A stretch of 54,844 bases of DNA from NCBI RefSeq assembly GCF_006345805.1, contig NW_021833879.1, forward strand, positions 1 to 54,844, in the 5' to 3' direction. Origin of the DNA: Octopus sinensis (Eukaryota). Positions 49,380 through 54,844 of the stretch are shown piece after piece. A program made the translations under genes and the position numbers. A model generated the notes under the pieces. It did no database searches. It was not told the DNA's origin and was given only the letters and a program-made list of their open reading frames with translations. How positions within the stretch are numbered: position 1 is the stretch's first letter; each line of letters starts with the position of its first letter.

Positions 49380-49580
49380 TTTCTTTATTAGCTACTGCTA
49401 GCCACTCAACCCTTTTCTATTTTCTCTTCCTGATTATTTCTGTTTTCTTTTCTGTCGAAAAGCGTAGGCTCGAAACGTAAAAGACTTTCTCACTTCCCGA
49501 GCGTTAAACTAATACATATGTTTGTTGTTTACACACCCGTCTTCGTCTTTTGTTTTTTTTTTTGTAAATTCTCACTATAT
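49380..49580 (+). mobile_element. PLE pseudo-LTR remnant, family B (diverged)
   Basis: gcgtaggctcgaaacgtaaaagacttt...ctaatacat.tgtttg...cgtcttcgtcttttg shared with 8320 and 15010. Confidence 0.7.
49448..49485 (+). ncRNA. Minimal hammerhead variant (CUGUCGA+A), stem II closing pair damaged
   Basis: TTTT CTGTCGA(49452-49458) A AAGC-GTAG-GCTC GAAA C GT A(49479) AAAG. Confidence 0.55.
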
Positions 49581-49747
49581 ATATTTATGTATGTATATTA
49601 CATGGTTTTATATATGTGTGTGTATGTATGTATGTATGTATGTATGTATGTATGTATGTATTTATCTTTGGTGTTACAAGGGATTTTGTTTGTCTCTTGC
49701 TCAACTGTGCCCCACACATAATAATCAAGGGGGTTGCAGATGGCCAG

Positions 49748-49806
49748 ATAACTGAAGAGATGGTGTTGTGGATTTCCACCTCGACATCCGAAACTCAGAG
49801 TTTTAT
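49748..49806 (+). ncRNA. Type I hammerhead ribozyme (CUGAAGA core, GUU triplet) in a further PLE end (about 49740-49905)
   Basis: ATAA CTGAAGA(49752-49758) GATG...GTGGA-tt-TCCAC...CATC C GAAAC(49790-49794) TC-A-GA GT T(49802) TTAT; the element ends at (TA)n near 49905. Confidence 0.7.
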
Positions 49807-49908
49807 ATTGAATAATGGTAACATATTAATTTACAGATAAATTTCCTCTATTTACATAATATTGAGGTCTCTTTCTTCTTTTGTTATCTTACCGTTTTAC
49901 CAATTATA

Positions 49909-49948
<40 letters not shown>

Positions 49949-49957
49949 TATTTTTCT

Positions 49958-50180
49958 TTACTACCCACAAAGGCTAAACTCAAAGGGGACAGCTAGGACA
50001 GACAAACGGATTAAGTCGATTACATCGACCCCAGTGCGTAACTGGTACTTATTTAATCGACCCCGAAAGGATGAAAGGCAAAGTCGACCTCGGCGTAATT
50101 TGAACTGAGATCGTAACGGCAGACGAAATACGGCTACGCATTTCTCCCGGCGTGCTAACGTTTCTGCCAGCTCGCCGCCT
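49958..50180 (-). mobile_element. Family M SINE (long-tail subfamily)
   Basis: Consensus match. Confidence 0.9.
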
Positions 50181-50780
50181 TAATCCCACAAATATATTGC
50201 AGTCACAGTATACAGTACACAAGCCTGGTACTTATTTTATCGGTATCTTTTACAGGACCGCTAAGTTACCTGGACGTAAACATGCTAGCACCGGTTGTTA
50301 AGCTGTGGCAATGGGGGGTGGGAGAATACAAACGCAGACACAAAGACACACACACACATACATATATATCTTTTTATCTTTTATCTTTGACGTGTTTCAA
50401 TCAGTTGACTGCGGCCATGTTGGGGCACCGCCTTGAGGAATTTTTCAGTCGAACTAATTGGCCTCACTAACATTTTCTTTTTAAGCCTATTTATTCTATC
50501 AATATTCATATGAATAAATGCGTATCTATGCGCGCGCGCGTATGTGTGTGTGTGTGCATGTTTGCGTGTGTGTATATGTGCGTATGTAAGCGTGTATGTT
50601 TGTGTAAGTGTGTGCAACTGGGAGAGTGACGGTGTTGGTAATTTTAATTTCGTAAAAGTAAATTTCTTTAATCTAACAAACATCAGTCAATCTCCATTAA
50701 TTCAAAGCGAATTAAATCCCCCGATGTACATTCTTAAAACGTTTTATTTCTTTTTAAAATAATAGCCGATATAAATGTTC

Positions 50781-50890
50781 GTTGGTTGGTTGGTTGGTTG
50801 GTCGGTCGGTCGGTCGGTCGGTCGGCTGGCTGGTTGGTTGGTTGGTTGGTCGGTCGGTTGGTTCGTTCGTTCGTTCGTTCGTTCGTTTGT
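50781..50890. repeat. (GTTG/GGTT/GGTC/CGTT)n compound tetranucleotide
   Basis: Direct reading. Confidence 0.95.
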
Positions 50891-51047
50891 TTCCCCAGTC
50901 GTGCTCTTCGTCGTATAGAAAGAAAGATACGGTGATATTTAGCATAAAAGGTGCAGAATTTTCTGAAAAACACATTTTTAATGAAATTTCGCAGAAGTAG
51001 GTTTCCGATGGAGAAGATTACGATTATGTTGATAAAATTTCGACATA

Positions 51048-51261
51048 CAGAGTGGCCCAAAAGTAGGTTTTCAGTTATCACATAAGCACTTTAAATTTTT
51101 TTTAAACATTTTATTACATTTAAATTTCTGTCTTACAATTAACCAAATTAGCATAGAATAATGGTTTCATAATTTTTTTTCATAATTAAGATCTAAACTG
51201 TTAATATATGAATGCGAAAGAGATAGTTGAATAACTGTAAACCTACTTTTGGGCCACCCTG
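51048..51261. mobile_element. Tc1/mariner-type MITE
   Basis: TA-cagagtggcccaaaagtaggttttcagtta ... taactgtaaacctacttttgggccaccctg-TA. Confidence 0.85.
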
Positions 51262-51559
51262 TATAATAAAACAATTACTGCAAATTATGCAAATTAGAAA
51301 TTTGTTTTATTTCATTTTATTTGATGGAATCATTTATATTCTATATATTACGAATTGGAGTGAACTATTGCTATCTCTATCGGACTAATATCCACCACGG
51401 AGGACGAGCACAAAGAGTACGAAATTGTACGGTCTCGTGGCTGGAAGATGGTAGGAGTTCACTCCCCTGCTTGCAATATATATCATGTCCAGATTGCATC
51501 GAATAACTAACCGGAGTAGTCGACCCCCTGATGTTAAAATGGTAGTAGGAATCTTTTTT

Positions 51560-52029
51560 TTTTCGAGAATTCTACTTTTTAATTCTTTTCGAATTTATTT
51601 TGTTTTTTACTTTTCTAGTTAATTTTAGTTCATTTTTGTTTATTTTCAGATCATTAAAATGGAATGCCAAGTTAAGAAAAACGAGCATTTTCGACACCTC
51701 CTTTTTGCTTTTAATCAAGGTTCTAAGGCCGCTAAAGCTGGGAAGTGCTGCCACAACCGCCGTACTCTCCTGATTTGCTAATAACGGATTTCCACCTCTT
51801 TCGTTCTCTTTCAAATGTTATGCACGGAGTTTCGTTCAATACTAATGCAGAATTGAGAGCTTGGTTGGGTGAGTTCTACCAACGAGGTATTGAAAATATT
51901 GTAGAACTTTGGGAAGAAGCTGTAAACAACAAGGATGAATACATTATTGATTAATTAGTTGTTATTTTTAATTAAACTTTTTTTTAATTTAAATTTTAAA
52001 AAACGTCGGGAACTTAGTTGCTAACCTTC

Positions 52030-52030
<1 letters not shown>
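51560..52030 (+). mobile_element. Mariner (DD34D-type) deletion derivative
   Basis: The N-terminus MECQVKK..HFRHLLFAFNQGSKAAKA is fused to the C-terminus LPQPPYSPDLLITDFHLFRSLSN...YQRGIENIVELWEEAVNNKDEYIID*. The right end gaacttagttgctaacc resembles a mariner TIR. Confidence 0.85.
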
Positions 52031-52067
<37 letters not shown>

Positions 52068-52068
<1 letters not shown>

Positions 52069-52155
52069 CAGGAGGCTTTACGAAAATAAACAAAAGACGA
52101 AGGCAGGTGGAGTACAAACAAACAATTGTATTAGTATGGCGCTCAGGAATGGAAA
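52068..52155 (-). mobile_element. Truncated family B PLE tail (ribozyme part missing)
   Basis: Minus strand ttcctgagcgccatactaatacaattgtttgtttgtactccacctgccttcgtcttttg matches the family B 3' end. Confidence 0.7.
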
Positions 52156-52182
52156 TATATATATATAAGGTTAGTAATTAAG

Positions 52183-52231
<49 letters not shown>

Positions 52232-52734
52232 TGTGTGAAGAAAGATTGAAGAATTCGTATCTGCATGTGGTGGGTTTGTTTCTTGAATTTTTAAAGATTA
52301 ACGCGGAGTTTCTTGCCTTTTTCCAGTCACCAAGTACCGAACATAATACTAAATAACGACGTTCATCAATAAATCATCGAATGTTAACGCAACGGCCTTC
52401 TTCAAAACTTCGACAATAATCACTTCGTAATATACCGTAGAAATCGACTAATTTAATTCTTTAAGTAGCACCTTCTCCATGAGATTACTATCTCCAGACT
52501 AGAACCTGTGACAATTGTGCCGGGAGACAGTGTTATTATCTGTTAACGAATCATTTTCAATCTTTTAGGGTATATTTTTATATATACGCGTGCATGTGTG
52601 CATCTATATATCTATCTATCTTTCTATCTGTCACTTTCTCTCACTCTTTCTCTCTCTCTCTCTTCTCTCTCTTCTTTTCTCTCTCTCCTCTCTCTCTCCT
52701 TCTTTCTCTTTCTCTCTATATCTCTCTAAATATA

Positions 52735-52826
52735 TAGATACATAGACAGACAGACAGATAGAAAGATAGATAGATAAATAGATAGATAGATAGTTAGATG
52801 GATAAATTGATAGATAGATAGGTAGG

Positions 52827-52857
<31 letters not shown>

Positions 52858-52903
52858 GCAGACAGGCAGACAGGCAGACAGGCAGGTAGACAAACAGAGA
52901 GAC

Positions 52904-52960
<57 letters not shown>
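52735..52960. repeat. (GATA)/(GACA)/(CAGG)n microsatellite
   Basis: Direct reading. Confidence 0.95.
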
Positions 52961-52961
<1 letters not shown>

Positions 52962-53095
52962 CCATATATCTATATTTACACGTAAGTATATATATTTATA
53001 AAACTGCCTATATAAAAGTATGTATTTGCATGTATGTACATAGGCAATCGTATATAAATATATATATACATACATGAATATATATGTGTATTTAT

Positions 53096-53161
<66 letters not shown>

Positions 53162-53404
53162 CATAGGCGAGAATATATATTTATATATGTATATATATAT
53201 ATTGGTGTGCGTATGTATGTAAATGTGCATGTATATACATATATGTGCGTGTACGTATAAGTTTGTGCGTGTGTTGTGTATGTGTGAAAGTGTGAAAGTG
53301 TGTATGTGCTGTATGTAAGACACACGTTACGTGTATATGTGAATGATATTTGTGAGAGTGTATAAGTGTGTGGATGTATGTATATATATATATATATATA
53401 TATG

Positions 53405-53825
53405 GACGAGTGGCTGTGGGGTAAGTAGCTTGCTTACCAACCACTTGGTTACGGGTTCAATCCCACTACGTGGCACCTTGGGCAAGTGTTTTCTTCTATA
53501 GCATCGGGCCGACCAAAACCTTGTGAGTGCATTTGGGAGACGGAAACTGAAAAAAGCCCGTTGTATGTGTATATATATGTATGTGTGCGTGTATGTTTGT
53601 GTATCTGTGTTTGTCCCCCACCACCACCACCATCGCTTGACAACCGATGTTGGTGTGTTTACGTCCCCGTAACATAGCGTTTCGGCAAAAGAGAAAGATA
53701 GAATAAACACTAGGCTTACAATGAATAAGTCCTGCAGTCGACTTCTTCGACTAAAGGCGGTACTCCAGCATGGCCGCTGTCAAATGACTGAAACAAATAA
53801 AAGAAAAAAGAAAGAAAAAGAATAT
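53405..53825 (+). mobile_element. Full-length family X SINE
   Basis: Complete head, body and tail. Confidence 0.9.
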
Positions 53826-54129
53826 ATATATATATATATATATAATAAATAGGTAGTATGTATTCATATATAATATATATATATACATATATACATAGAG
53901 AGAGAGGGGAAGAGAGAAAAAAGAGAGAGAGACTACATTGTAGTATGGTTGGCCAAAGATCACAAACATAAGCATGGCTGTTTACTTAAAAAGTCCACGT
54001 CATCACTACATAGTCTCGGGTTCAATTTCAATGCTTAGCACTTTAGAAATGTTTTTTTTTCTCCTATAGGCTCGGATATAACCATACTTTGTGAAGGAAA
54101 TCGAATAGAAACTTGTCGTATATATATGT

Positions 54130-54490
54130 AAGTTGGTGTGTGTGCGTGTGTGTGTCTGTGTGTGTGTCTGTGTGTCTGTCTGTGTTTGTGTCTGTGTCTG
54201 TATGTCTGTGTGTGTGCTTGTGTGTGTCTGTGTGCGTGCGTCTGTGTGTGCGTGTGTCCGTGTGTGTGCGTGTGTGTCTGTGTGCCTGTGTGTGTCTGTG
54301 TTTGCGTGTCTGTCTGTGTATCTGTGTGTCTGTGCGTGTGTCCGTGTGTGTGTGCGTGTGTCTGTCTGTATGTGTGCATGTGTGTGTGCGTGTATGTCTG
54401 TGTGTATGTGTGTGTGCGTGTGTGCATGTGTGTGTGTTTGTGTGTTAGTGTGTGTATGTGTGTGTGTATGTGTGTATGTGTGTGTGTTGG
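54130..54490. repeat. Cryptic (TG/TC)n satellite
   Basis: Direct reading; source of the VCVC and HTHT ORFs. Confidence 0.95.
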
Positions 54491-54844
54491 TCGTGAACAC
54501 GATTATGAGCGTAACCACATCCACATCGCATTCTTAAATCTGTAACACATTTGATCAAATGTAATATTATCTTTACCAAGAGTCCTCAGATGACTCTCTT
54601 GCTGTAATTTGGTTTTTAACTTTTTGTGATAAACAAAGCACAAATATTGTCTATAGTCACAGAAAAAGCAGCTCCGCCGTTGTGCATTACAGACTATTAC
54701 ACACGCACATTGTAGTGAATATCTATTATTTGAAGTGAAACCGGTCTGGAATTCTGTTCCTTTGGAATGTTTAATTATGCAATCCTGTAATTATTTGTAA
54801 GCATGTGTTTTGGAATGTTGAAATAAGGTATTTTTAAATGATTT

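Overview
About 55 kb of AT-rich animal genomic DNA saturated with microsatellites and retroposons. The repeat content looks like a coleoid cephalopod, most likely Octopus; this is inferred from repeat families I recognise by eye, not proven. There is no long intact ORF, and almost every ORF in the supplied track is a translated microsatellite. The recognisable content is transposon debris: a 5'-truncated L1/Tx1-clade LINE inside a (GATA)n tract, Penelope-like element (PLE) remnants including a GIY-YIG fragment, RTE-like LINE relics, mariner and maT (DD37D) deletion derivatives, MITEs, Helentron-associated (HINE-like) elements, and many copies of two tRNA-derived SINE families. The strongest hidden signal is RNA structure. 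At least nine type I hammerhead ribozyme motifs from about five PLE pseudo-LTR families fold by hand. One is fully canonical, in a tandem/inverted triplet at 2.4-3.7 kb. Others have non-canonical cores (CUGUNGA in three copies, CCGACGA in one) with palindromic, dimer-type stem III. Also notable are SINE arrays chained by repeated target duplications, a STAT/ETS-motif minisatellite, and a low-confidence, phase-consistent chain of small minus-strand exons. Several near-identical local duplications differ mainly by 1-nt indels and may be assembly artefacts. All structures and alignments were done by eye, and many repeat boundaries are approximate.
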